A stretch of DNA of 64,000 nucleotides, taken from sequence record OP079919.1; one strand, given 5' to 3'. The stretch is from Klebsiella phage KPN8. The notes under the pieces were generated by a model. That model was not told where the DNA came from, ran no database searches, and saw nothing but the letters and a program-made list of their open reading frames with translations. Positions 45,987 to 54,944 of the stretch are shown one piece after another (the first letter of the stretch is position 1; each line of letters opens with the position of its first letter). Both the position numbers and the translations under genes were made by a program.

Positions 45987-47537
45987 GTGCGTAAGACGGT
46001 GGTCATTAACAAAGCGCACAATTACCTCAGAATAACGGATTATTCTGAGGAGTTTGTGAACAGAGTGATAATGCCGTTCTGTCGACGGTATCTTTATAAG
46101 TACAAAAAAGAACCTATCCCCGGGACGCGCAAAAGTAGAACAGTCGTGGATAAATGTTTTGCCCGCATGAATAATGACAAAACGGAATTCCGTATATCGG
46201 CGGGTCTTCTAAAAGAATTCCTGAGTTTTATGGAATATTGCGGGTACGCTCCTAACAGGGTGGAAATCCGGGAGGTTCCTGAAATTGTTCCGGCGAGGAT
46301 ACATTTCGAATGGAATAAAGGATGGGGTGGGTATAAACCAGGGAGTGAGCAAGAACAGAAGGAATGGTGCGATTACCAGATTGCTGACGGACCCATAAAA
46401 GTCAACAACGCCGGAACAGGTGTGGGTAAGAGCTTTTGTGCGACCAAGCTCATGGTCGACATGGGGGTTCGTGGACTGATAACAGCGTTGCCTCGTTATA
46501 TACCGATATGGTCCAAATGCTTGTTTCAATATTTGAAACTCTCGGTTGAAGACGTGGTCTATGTTGAATCTGGTGGGCTTGAGGAGTTAGCCGAAAACAT
46601 TCAGAAGGGAATCATTAATCCCAAAATTATCATTCTCCCGTTAACCAGGATTGACTCGCACTATAAACGGATGAGGGAAGATGATACCGTTCCTGACTTA
46701 GATGAACTCTACGCTAAGATGGGAATCGGGCTGAGGATCATGGATGAAGGGCATGAATCTGTTTATCAGGTTTACATGTCCATGCTTTACGGTAATTTCT
46801 CCAAGACCCTGGCGTTGTCAGCAACCCTGAAAGCCGATGATGCTTTACAGAACCGTATCTATTCGTACATCTATCCTCAAAGCATCCGCTTGAAGGACGG
46901 GGAATCGAAGAAATACATCGATGTTTATGCTTACCATCACTGGATTGACATTAGGAAGTTCAGGATTAACCCCAGAGGATTTGGGGGGTATAACCACGTG
47001 AAGTTCGAACAAGGGATTATGAAGTCCCCTTACCTGCTCGGTAGGTATTACGAACTCTGTAAACAGGCGTTTGAAGAGTTTTATGTCAAAGACTTGTTAC
47101 CCGAGCAAAAAGCCCTCTGGTTCTTTGCGACGGTAGAAATGTGTGTCAACATGTTGGAGTTCTTTAAAAGGGACTACCCGGAAATGGATTTCGGGAAATA
47201 CACCAACGAGGAATCGTCTAAGGCAGATACCAAGGATAATTACCTCAAGCACCAAGTCTTGATTACCACTCCTCAGAGTTGCAGCACCGGTAAAGATATT
47301 GAGAAACTCTACGTTGCGTTTAGTCCCTATGCGGTTTCTTCTAAACAGCGTAACGCTCAGTCATTAGGGCGTTTAAGGGAAATAACGAAATGGTGGCCCG
47401 ATCTTTCTCCTAAGTACGTTTACTTCGTTTGTCAGAACGTAGACAAGCAAGTTGACTACCATCGCAAGCGAATGGAGGAGTTCGCCAACAAAGCGAAGAG
47501 TATCACCAATATCAATAGCGGGCATTCCATTCCTTAG
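45987..47537 (+). CDS. SF2 DExH-box helicase
   Basis: Walker A NNAGTGVGKSF, DExH box IMDEGHESVY, motif III SATLKAD. GTG start with AGGAG RBS. Confidence 0.6.
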   Translation: MRKTVVINKAHNYLRITDYSEEFVNRVIMPFCRRYLYKYKKEPIPGTRKSRTVVDKCFARMNNDKTEFRISAGLLKEFLSFMEYCGYAPNRVEIREVPEIVPARIHFEWNKGWGGYKPGSEQEQKEWCDYQIADGPIKVNNAGTGVGKSFCATKLMVDMGVRGLITALPRYIPIWSKCLFQYLKLSVEDVVYVESGGLEELAENIQKGIINPKIIILPLTRIDSHYKRMREDDTVPDLDELYAKMGIGLRIMDEGHESVYQVYMSMLYGNFSKTLALSATLKADDALQNRIYSYIYPQSIRLKDGESKKYIDVYAYHHWIDIRKFRINPRGFGGYNHVKFEQGIMKSPYLLGRYYELCKQAFEEFYVKDLLPEQKALWFFATVEMCVNMLEFFKRDYPEMDFGKYTNEESSKADTKDNYLKHQVLITTPQSCSTGKDIEKLYVAFSPYAVSSKQRNAQSLGRLREITKWWPDLSPKYVYFVCQNVDKQVDYHRKRMEEFANKAKSITNINSGHSIP

Positions 47538-47629
47538 AATTTTTCAGTACTAAATTATGACTAGGTCAAGAGCTGAGGGTTTCCTCAGCTCCCACCTATT
47601 ATGCGTTTACAAATTTAGGAGGAACGACT

Positions 47630-48079
47630 ATGCGTTCCGTCATGATCATAAGAGCCGGAAAGGAGATCGAACCCTTTGCATTGGAAGCCTTGATCGCGGG
47701 CATTTTGGACTACACGGCGCATCAGAAACTTGAAGATGCGTATGAGATCATGGACTCTTTACTGTCGAACATTGTCACGGATAGTTTGGACGAACTTAAT
47801 GACAAAATGCTCGAACCCACCACTCGACCTCTTTCCATATACGAGAAGGAAAAATATCAGCATTATTTGAACGAAAAGAAGAACGAACGTTATATTCGTT
47901 TCTTCCAATTACGTCAGCGTACTCTGAGCGCTTTCTCGACGTTTCTTGAAAACTTTAACGACCCCATCCTATCTATGTCTAAAGGTAATAATCTTTTACC
48001 CAAGTTGGAAGCCGAACGAAATAATATTTTGTTCGTCTCATTAGAGCAGAAGAAGAATGGAACCAAAACAAAACAATAG
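47630..48079 (+). CDS. small hypothetical protein (149 aa)
   Basis: AGGAGG RBS 7 nt upstream. Confidence 0.5.
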   Translation: MRSVMIIRAGKEIEPFALEALIAGILDYTAHQKLEDAYEIMDSLLSNIVTDSLDELNDKMLEPTTRPLSIYEKEKYQHYLNEKKNERYIRFFQLRQRTLSAFSTFLENFNDPILSMSKGNNLLPKLEAERNNILFVSLEQKKNGTKTKQ

Positions 48080-48455
48080 CCTGATTTCGGTATTGCGATC
48101 TCGCTCCAATTATTCTGAGGAAGGAGGCTTGGTAGCTGGAGAATATCTGGCGGATTATTTTGAAAACGCCATTATTCAAGAGCATATGGATTTGGGTTAT
48201 TTAAGAAACATGTGTTATGAACAGGCGTTAATGGGCAACAGGTCATTAACAAAACCGGGCTGGATGCATCCAGCCCTCTCTTACGACGCAAGTGACGTCT
48301 GTGACGATTTATTTACAGAAGCGATGGAAATACTCGCTGAAGTTAATAATGACGTCACAGAGGCTCTGAATTGCATTAATTCCATTTCCTTTAAACGTAC
48401 TTCCCGGCTCCTCTTTAGTACCGGAAGTGTAATTATGATAAAAACCCAATGGTAA
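48057..48455 (+). CDS. small hypothetical protein (132 aa)
   Basis: ORF overlapping the previous gene end. Confidence 0.45.
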   Translation: MEPKQNNSLISVLRSRSNYSEEGGLVAGEYLADYFENAIIQEHMDLGYLRNMCYEQALMGNRSLTKPGWMHPALSYDASDVCDDLFTEAMEILAEVNNDVTEALNCINSISFKRTSRLLFSTGSVIMIKTQW

Positions 48456-48820
48456 ACAGAATAAGAAGTTTGGTTAGGGTCAGTGTCCCAGCAGACATCC
48501 CCTGGGCTTCTGATTCGAGGTTGTACCACGCCAGCGCACTTTTCTTTGAACGCTGGATTTACTATGGTGATTTCTCTCCTGAAGCTTACGACGAACTCTT
48601 TATCGATGTCGAATCTTTATTTGAGAAACCACCGAAATTAGATGTCAATGAGATGTTTGATGAATGTTTACTCTTAGTGGAAAACATTCGTAATGACGAA
48701 CTTAACAGTGAAGTGAAACATCTTATTGAGAGCAGTCGTTTTAAGGTATCGGTTGAGGGCACGAAGCTCATCAATTGGGATCATCAACGCTTTTTAATCT
48801 TAGTGGAAACTTTAACATGA
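48449..48820 (+). CDS. small hypothetical protein (123 aa)
   Basis: ORF overlapping its neighbours. Confidence 0.45.
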   Translation: MVNRIRSLVRVSVPADIPWASDSRLYHASALFFERWIYYGDFSPEAYDELFIDVESLFEKPPKLDVNEMFDECLLLVENIRNDELNSEVKHLIESSRFKVSVEGTKLINWDHQRFLILVETLT

Positions 48821-49266
48821 GTAGAAAATCTATTGTACTGCGTCTTCCGGCTTCAACTGTTGCCGACCTCAAGGAATTCGACGAAGAAGCGCAACTGCTT
48901 CTCCTTACTACCGGCCTGACTCTGGCCAAACGACCTGCTCAGGAGCTCGTTAAAGAAGACGAGGATACCGACCCTCGCTCCATCATTTCCAAAGAGGTCG
49001 ATGATATCCTCGAAACCATCGACGACAATTACGACGATGACGATTCTGACGGCGATGATGAATCGGCAGAAGCCCGTAAGGATGAACAACGTACGGTGAT
49101 TCATCAGCAAATGGCTGACTTCATCGAAGAGTTTGTTGGGTTGCTGACCGACCCTCAAAGTGAAAACTGCGGCGTATTGGCGGCCATCGCGCTGGAAGAA
49201 CTCGACACACCTATCAGCTGGGCTGCTGATGACAAAACTGGCCTGACCACGATTGTATACGGCTGA
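48817..49266 (+). CDS. highly acidic small protein (about 149 aa; ORF opens at 48775)
   Basis: ATGA overlap with the upstream stop at 48817. Contains DDILETIDDNYDDDDSDGDDESAEA, and Asp/Glu content is far above background. Confidence 0.5.
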   Translation: MSRKSIVLRLPASTVADLKEFDEEAQLLLLTTGLTLAKRPAQELVKEDEDTDPRSIISKEVDDILETIDDNYDDDDSDGDDESAEARKDEQRTVIHQQMADFIEEFVGLLTDPQSENCGVLAAIALEELDTPISWAADDKTGLTTIVYG

Positions 49267-49269
49267 CAG

Positions 49270-49321
49270 TAATCCTCCTACCCCAATGGGGTAGGAGGAT
49301 TAGCTTATTTATTTTTTTTTT
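49270..49321 (+). terminator. Rho-independent terminator (TAATCCTCCTACCCC-aat-GGGGTAGGAGGATTA + T-rich 15 nt)
   Basis: 15-bp perfect stem and a long T-run, between convergent genes. Confidence 0.65.
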
Positions 49322-50614
49322 CTAGAAAAGTGAATCGTAAAGATTGAGTACCGTTGTTTCTACTTTAGAAACGTGGGCGTTTTTCATCTTAGTTAACATA
49401 AACCGGGTTGGGATGTTAACAACTTCACTACTTAAACGGCTGGCTGATTTACCCAAAGAAACCCCGCAACAAACCTTGCAGTGGTTATCTTCTTTTGTCT
49501 GACAGAGATAAGGAACGCGCATCTTAACCGTACTACCTATCATTTCGGTCTCATTCCCCTCCAGAACGGTCGGTTTACCATTCTTAAGGTAATATCCCCC
49601 CTTCCAGTTCTTGAGGCTGTAAGGGTCGATATAGACGTCCTCTGTATAGGTTGTTCCGCAATCGTCTTCAGCTACAACGATTCGTGAGGTTAACCGCATC
49701 AGTTCTTTAACCCCTGCGCCACCTTCACCCGTTGCCTTACCACGGTCATAGGACGCGGAAACTGCGGTATTGATGTAGTGGGTAATTTGGTCGTAATTCC
49801 AAATCTCATTAAGGGGTTGTTTTATCAGAATAAACTCACCCGTGTTAAAGTCCCTTTCCAGACCAAAGACCAGGAACATTTTCTTACGGGCGTTATCGAT
49901 AAATTTCTTATCGATGAAGAAGTCAGAAGAAGCGCCGTTCAATTGCTCTTCCATGTCGAGGTCTACGATCTGTTTGATGATGTTCGCTGCGACAATGGGG
50001 TCGTTTAACTCATGGGCGTGTTCTTTAAACAATCTCTCTCTTAGTGCAATGACCGCTTTACTTACGGTAACCGCCTGAATACTCCCGGCTTTAGTAAAGA
50101 TATCATTTAAGCCCATCAGATAGTTGGCTTGTTTAGTAAGCTTAAGACACTCGGTCACGCTTGCTTTACCGGCCGGTATCTCTTCACCCGGCTGAGGGTC
50201 ATCTACCATTAATTCGGCGATGACGTCTTCCACTAATCTACCGGTTATGAGTTTATTGTGATACGGAGTCCGGTTTTGGAATACTTCCCAGAAAAGACAT
50301 CTGTTAAGCAATAAGATCCCCATCGTTGTGGTGACGCTCCCCTCAATACTCGGGTGCCATTTATTGTCTATCACCAACTTCTCGTGTTTGTAGAATAGCG
50401 GGTAAGCGAGATCCCCTTCTATTTCTATCGTGTCCCCGTCATCGTTATAACACCAAAATCCGTTAGGGCTGCGATGAAGGAACCAGGGGGTTTTACCTAA
50501 CAGAGTCTCGTTCTTTGCATTATCAGTAAGAACAGAAAAGGTACTCAGTATCCAGAGTTTCTTTTGATACATACGTCTCTCAAAACACTGGAAGAGGTAA
50601 TCGATCTTATTCAT
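49322..50614 (-). CDS. second RNA polymerase beta'-like fragment (C-terminal-region homologue), reverse strand
   Basis: YDRGKATGEGGAGVKELMRLTSRIVVAEDDCGTTY resembles beta' [40 protein letters not shown]. C-terminal Cys cluster CQTKEDNHCKVCCGVSLGKS resembles C..C.HCYGRDL. It is distinct from the 43991 fragment, which implies a second RNAP set. Confidence 0.45.
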   Translation of the reverse strand: MNKIDYLFQCFERRMYQKKLWILSTFSVLTDNAKNETLLGKTPWFLHRSPNGFWCYNDDGDTIEIEGDLAYPLFYKHEKLVIDNKWHPSIEGSVTTTMGILLLNRCLFWEVFQNRTPYHNKLITGRLVEDVIAELMVDDPQPGEEIPAGKASVTECLKLTKQANYLMGLNDIFTKAGSIQAVTVSKAVIALRERLFKEHAHELNDPIVAANIIKQIVDLDMEEQLNGASSDFFIDKKFIDNARKKMFLVFGLERDFNTGEFILIKQPLNEIWNYDQITHYINTAVSASYDRGKATGEGGAGVKELMRLTSRIVVAEDDCGTTYTEDVYIDPYSLKNWKGGYYLKNGKPTVLEGNETEMIGSTVKMRVPYLCQTKEDNHCKVCCGVSLGKSASRLSSEVVNIPTRFMLTKMKNAHVSKVETTVLNLYDSLF

Positions 50615-51491
50615 TGGTTAACCCCAGCTTTTTCACTAATCCGTCAGCGTAGTACAGACTTTCCACATCAGAGAAATCTTCTCCTAAGCGAGCAGAGAGT
50701 TTATCGAGGAAACTCTCATTGGTAATCCCGCTGCACAGCATCAAACAAATGATTTCTTTAATGTATTTTTTAGGTTCAGTCTCTTTCATCTCGTTGAGTC
50801 GATCAAGATAGTACTTGTAAATAACCAACCACCCGATACCTAATTTGCCCGCGCTAACAACGTGTTCCCACGCCAACGTTCCGCGTAAGAATTCTTTATT
50901 GCCCCTGACTCGGTCGCTGACGTATTGAGGGACTTCAACGTCAGCATCAGGGTTAATCAACGACGTCCTTAAAACCTCTAACAGATGTTCAGAGACGTCA
51001 GAGATAATCATTTCGTACAGGCTGGTGTCTTCCAGATCAAGGAGCTTTTCGATCACCGCTATAAAACGATCTTTTGTTTCTAAGTCGGTCGCTTCCAAAA
51101 TAACACTCAGGGACAGAAGGTCCTCGTAACCATCAAGAATATAGGCGACGTCGATGATATTAGTAAGCAAGGGAAGATGATCTATGGTGATCTGATCTTT
51201 ATCAATCTCAACGCCAAGTTCTGTGATGATTTGAATACTATTAGCGATGAGGATATCCCTTATAGCGTTAGTCTGTTCAATGACCGTCATCCCTTCATCA
51301 ATGAGTATTTCCAGGATTTGACTTTGTACGGTTGTTTCTTCCTGACTAATCGCAATTAAATTATACGCTTTATCGAATGTATTGAAATTAAATTCGGTAA
51401 TAGATTTAGCAAAGGCCAACCAGGTTTCTCCTAACTCAGATGTCAGGATACTGGCTTCAGTGAGGTCTATTGCTCGTTTTTCAAAAATCAT
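50607..51491 (-). CDS. hypothetical protein (294 aa), acidic
   Basis: Minus-strand ORF overlapping the start of the 49322..50614 gene by 8 nt (co-transcribed). Confidence 0.55.
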   Translation of the reverse strand: MIFEKRAIDLTEASILTSELGETWLAFAKSITEFNFNTFDKAYNLIAISQEETTVQSQILEILIDEGMTVIEQTNAIRDILIANSIQIITELGVEIDKDQITIDHLPLLTNIIDVAYILDGYEDLLSLSVILEATDLETKDRFIAVIEKLLDLEDTSLYEMIISDVSEHLLEVLRTSLINPDADVEVPQYVSDRVRGNKEFLRGTLAWEHVVSAGKLGIGWLVIYKYYLDRLNEMKETEPKKYIKEIICLMLCSGITNESFLDKLSARLGEDFSDVESLYYADGLVKKLGLTNE

Positions 51492-51534
51492 GGTTTAACC
51501 CCTGCTAAAGGTCGTGGGTAATAGGAGACATAAA

Positions 51535-52242
51535 ATGCGTAGTAGCCAGCAGAAAGCCAAGGCTAGTCACAAGAAAGCGATCAAAAATACTCACCGCAAG
51601 AAAAACTGCAGCGGAAAGAAGATCGTTTTAACTAAGAAACAGAAAGAAAGAAAAATGATTGAAACGGTCACTGCTATGGCGAAAGCCGGGGATGTCTCCA
51701 GTGTTCAATTACTGGCTGCTGCCAGCGCCAAAGCTAAGGGTGTTAAATCGGGAGAGCTTAAGACCAAGCAGCTTATCGAGCTGGTAGATGAAAATATTCA
51801 ACAGCTCATTATCTCTCACGCTCTTGTGGAAGGCATTGCCGAATGTTTAGATGAAGGGCTTATCGAAGATCCTGATAATTCCATCTCTGATAAAGTCAAG
51901 GAATGCGACGAATTGACTGTACGTTGGATGGAAGACGCTAACGCCGTTATTGCGCTCAGCCACACCGAACTCATTCCGGAAGATTACGTCGATATGGCCA
52001 TTAGTTTTATGGCCAGCACTATCGGTATCATGTCCGATAGCTACCCTCGACTCATCGAATTAACCGAAGATATGAAATCAGTCATTAATAAGAAAATGGC
52101 TGAGATCATCGATGCGGTGAAAGCTGACTATCCGGAAGCTACTGAATTCGAACAGGTCTCCAAAATTCACCAGAAACGGATGATGAAAATCATGCCGCTT
52201 TACGGGACCCCAGCGCCTGTAGAAGAAACTGAAACCGTTTAA
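51535..52242 (+). CDS. hypothetical protein with Lys/Arg-rich N-terminus (ORF opens at GTG 51514)
   Basis: AGGAG RBS 8 nt upstream of ATG 51535. N-terminus MRSSQQKAKASHKKAIKNTHRKKN. Confidence 0.5.
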   Translation: MRSSQQKAKASHKKAIKNTHRKKNCSGKKIVLTKKQKERKMIETVTAMAKAGDVSSVQLLAAASAKAKGVKSGELKTKQLIELVDENIQQLIISHALVEGIAECLDEGLIEDPDNSISDKVKECDELTVRWMEDANAVIALSHTELIPEDYVDMAISFMASTIGIMSDSYPRLIELTEDMKSVINKKMAEIIDAVKADYPEATEFEQVSKIHQKRMMKIMPLYGTPAPVEETETV

Positions 52243-52259
52243 TCATAGGACCGATATTT

Positions 52260-53876
52260 ATGTCTGAAGAAAACAACATTCCGGCCCAAGGGACGGCGCA
52301 CGACAAGAACAACCACACGATGAGTCAGTTCCAGGAACCCAAAGATCTCAAGTTGGGGGTGTTCGATCCAAAAGAAGATAATAATTTCATTAAGATCTTC
52401 TTAGGTGTTGACTCAGAAGAGTACAAGAAACTCTCTGGGCTTATCTCAAGGTGGTTGGAGTACAACTTTACCCTTAACGAGCCCAACGCCAAACCGGCCC
52501 AGATTAACGCGGTTAAAGACAAATACTTCGGGTATCTCAAAGAACAGTACCCGAACAAAACAGAAGAAGAGGTTAACGAGCTGGCTCAGTCATACTACAG
52601 CTTCGCAACCAACTTCACTGAAAATCTGTACCGCCGGAACGAAACCGTTAATGGGGCGAAAACGACTAACGTCTCTTTAAAAGCCCAGGGTATCGTCGAG
52701 GGAGACATCGTTGGCCGCGCACCAGGGTTGGGTAAAAAGCTCCCTATGCGCGATATGATGCGCCGCCATTTCCGTCGCACCACTAACGAAGCGGAAAACT
52801 TCGACGTTCTCCTGCGTAACTCATTTATTCAGTTACGTATTTCCCGCCCAACCATTCTGGAACTGGGGCGTCTGCTGGAAGACATTCAGCTCGAAGTGAA
52901 AAACTACGTTCGTCAGGTTAATGGTAACTCATTAACTCTCGCTCGTACTTCTATCGCTCGGGTTATTTGGAAATTCGTTTCTGATCGCATCGTATCCTGC
53001 TCCGTCAAAGATACCGACGATTATTACGATCTCGCTAACAACATCCTTTGGAGTGACTTTGGTGCGCTTTGCATCTCGTTACTTTCCGCATCGTCGTCCA
53101 AGGGTGTGAATTTTCAACTCGAGTGTCTTGCGAACAACTGCGACTGGGAAGAGTATCAGGTTATTGATCCTTCTCTCTTGCTTCGTCCTATTCCTGAGAA
53201 TCTTTCAGAAGAGCAGTCTATCGCTCTGGGTAATATCGTTAACGGGGTTCAGCGTTATTCCCGTGAAGAGATTACTAAGCTTCAGAATAAGACCAAGTAC
53301 GATTTCGATACCAAATTGATGTTCGACGAAGGCCGGCAGTATTTTGAAATCGCTCCTCCTACGCTGTCCGTTGCGTTTGAAACCTTCGACATGTTCGTCG
53401 ATAAAGTCATCCCTTCGATTCAGCAATTGCGCGCTAACACCATCAACGATCAGGAGTATGCCGTTGCTCTGGCTAACCTCATCCAGAGTATCGCCGGTAG
53501 CGAATACGCCCATTGGGTCAAATCCTACGTGATTAACCCGGAGAGCGGCACAGACGGCGCGCCTACTAAGTATGATCGTTTAGGTGAAGGTGGGTCTCGT
53601 GAGTTTAATGAAGGTCTCTTTGATATCCTCGATAGCGATGTTGAACTTTCCCAAGAACTCATCAAAAAGATCAACCGTATCGGTCCATCGATGACACTCA
53701 CCATCATCGGGGTGCCGAACTATCATTGCCCTCGTTGCGCAAAATCAAGTTCTGAAAGCGGTATCACTTATAAAGGCATCACCCCTATCGATCCGCTTAT
53801 GGCTTTTTTTACCCTAACCCAGTTGATGTTTATGGATCGGGTGGTGAATCTAAGCGGTCTCGACGCAACCCCTTAG
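52260..53876 (+). CDS. hypothetical protein (538 aa) with C-terminal CPRC motif
   Basis: Long ORF. C-terminal NYHCPRCAKSS is a possible zinc-binding motif. Confidence 0.55.
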   Translation: MSEENNIPAQGTAHDKNNHTMSQFQEPKDLKLGVFDPKEDNNFIKIFLGVDSEEYKKLSGLISRWLEYNFTLNEPNAKPAQINAVKDKYFGYLKEQYPNKTEEEVNELAQSYYSFATNFTENLYRRNETVNGAKTTNVSLKAQGIVEGDIVGRAPGLGKKLPMRDMMRRHFRRTTNEAENFDVLLRNSFIQLRISRPTILELGRLLEDIQLEVKNYVRQVNGNSLTLARTSIARVIWKFVSDRIVSCSVKDTDDYYDLANNILWSDFGALCISLLSASSSKGVNFQLECLANNCDWEEYQVIDPSLLLRPIPENLSEEQSIALGNIVNGVQRYSREEITKLQNKTKYDFDTKLMFDEGRQYFEIAPPTLSVAFETFDMFVDKVIPSIQQLRANTINDQEYAVALANLIQSIAGSEYAHWVKSYVINPESGTDGAPTKYDRLGEGGSREFNEGLFDILDSDVELSQELIKKINRIGPSMTLTIIGVPNYHCPRCAKSSSESGITYKGITPIDPLMAFFTLTQLMFMDRVVNLSGLDATP

Positions 53877-53923
53877 AGCTAACTACCTTTACTAACTCGC
53901 CTGATTATCTGCAGGCGAGTAAA

Positions 53924-54313
53924 ATGTTCTTAGGGAAGTCCATTAAAACGATCACCCGCACAGAACTCAACGTCATCGATAGCAAATTAAATCGTATCGG
54001 CATGGGGTATGTGGGGCTGAGTAAAATGACTCCCTTCGATCCTATCAGTTGGGTAGAGGAAGAGCATGAGTATACTCACCCGTTCAGTCTTCAACGTCGC
54101 TTTTACGACTACGGTTATTTCCGCCTAAAAGAAATCTTTACGTTAAACGAATACTTAAACATGGAAGCTTACCTTTTGGATAAGGCGATGAAGTACATTC
54201 GTTTAGGGGCCGATTCCAGATTAAAAGATGAAATCAGGCTCAATAAAGATAAAGCTGAGCCGGAAGCCAGTGAGGTCGAAAAAGTCATGAAAAACCTATT
54301 AGGTAAAGGATAG
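53924..54313 (+). CDS. small hypothetical protein (129 aa)
   Basis: ORF with an upstream palindromic CTGCAGGCGAG region. Confidence 0.5.
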   Translation: MFLGKSIKTITRTELNVIDSKLNRIGMGYVGLSKMTPFDPISWVEEEHEYTHPFSLQRRFYDYGYFRLKEIFTLNEYLNMEAYLLDKAMKYIRLGADSRLKDEIRLNKDKAEPEASEVEKVMKNLLGKG

Positions 54314-54318
54314 CGATT

Positions 54319-54900
54319 ATGTCTTATTCCAAACCTTCAAGTACTTCTATCACGCCAACCAATAAGGTGATTGAAGAAACCGAAGAAGCCGTTCAGCAAC
54401 AAATCACCTTAGAAAAAGAAAATGTTCCTACCGTCGTCCTTGCCAGTGAGATGGTGGGTTCTAAAAGTAACGCAGTGACTGACGTTTTCGTAGAGGCCCT
54501 GACACGCTATAAAAACGTATTAGCCGGTAACCTTGTTCTTAACAAATCCCAGCTCAAAGAAGAGCAGGCTGCGTTTATGAACACAGTGAGTAACACGATG
54601 AATCTTGAGTTTAAAGATTACGTGTTAACCACCGATGCGTTGGTTCTTTTAATGCGTGATAACAAAGAAGCCTTCAACGAAAAGCGTCTGTACGAACTGT
54701 TTTATTATGTTCAAGCCGACTACTCTAAGAAGGCAGCTGAACGTTACATGCGTTACATGTCGGCTTTGTATACCCTGTCCCAAAACCTTCGTAACCGTTC
54801 TCGAATCGGTAAGATGGTGGACATTGTCAGTCTTTCCTCTGGCTATACAACTAAAGCCGCTACGAATATCCAGAATTACTTCAACCGTAATTACGGTTAA
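54319..54900 (+). CDS. hypothetical protein (193 aa)
   Basis: ORF 5 nt after the upstream stop. Confidence 0.55.
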   Translation: MSYSKPSSTSITPTNKVIEETEEAVQQQITLEKENVPTVVLASEMVGSKSNAVTDVFVEALTRYKNVLAGNLVLNKSQLKEEQAAFMNTVSNTMNLEFKDYVLTTDALVLLMRDNKEAFNEKRLYELFYYVQADYSKKAAERYMRYMSALYTLSQNLRNRSRIGKMVDIVSLSSGYTTKAATNIQNYFNRNYG

Positions 54901-54910
54901 TACTACTCCT

Positions 54911-54942
54911 ACTACTCCTACCGCCAAGGCGGTAGGAGTAGT
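54911..54942. terminator. 15-bp perfect hairpin ACTACTCCTACCGCC-aa-GGCGGTAGGAGTAGT between convergent genes
   Basis: Perfect stem with weak flanking T-runs. Likely a bidirectional stop or RNA-stability element. Confidence 0.45.
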
Positions 54943-54944
54943 AT

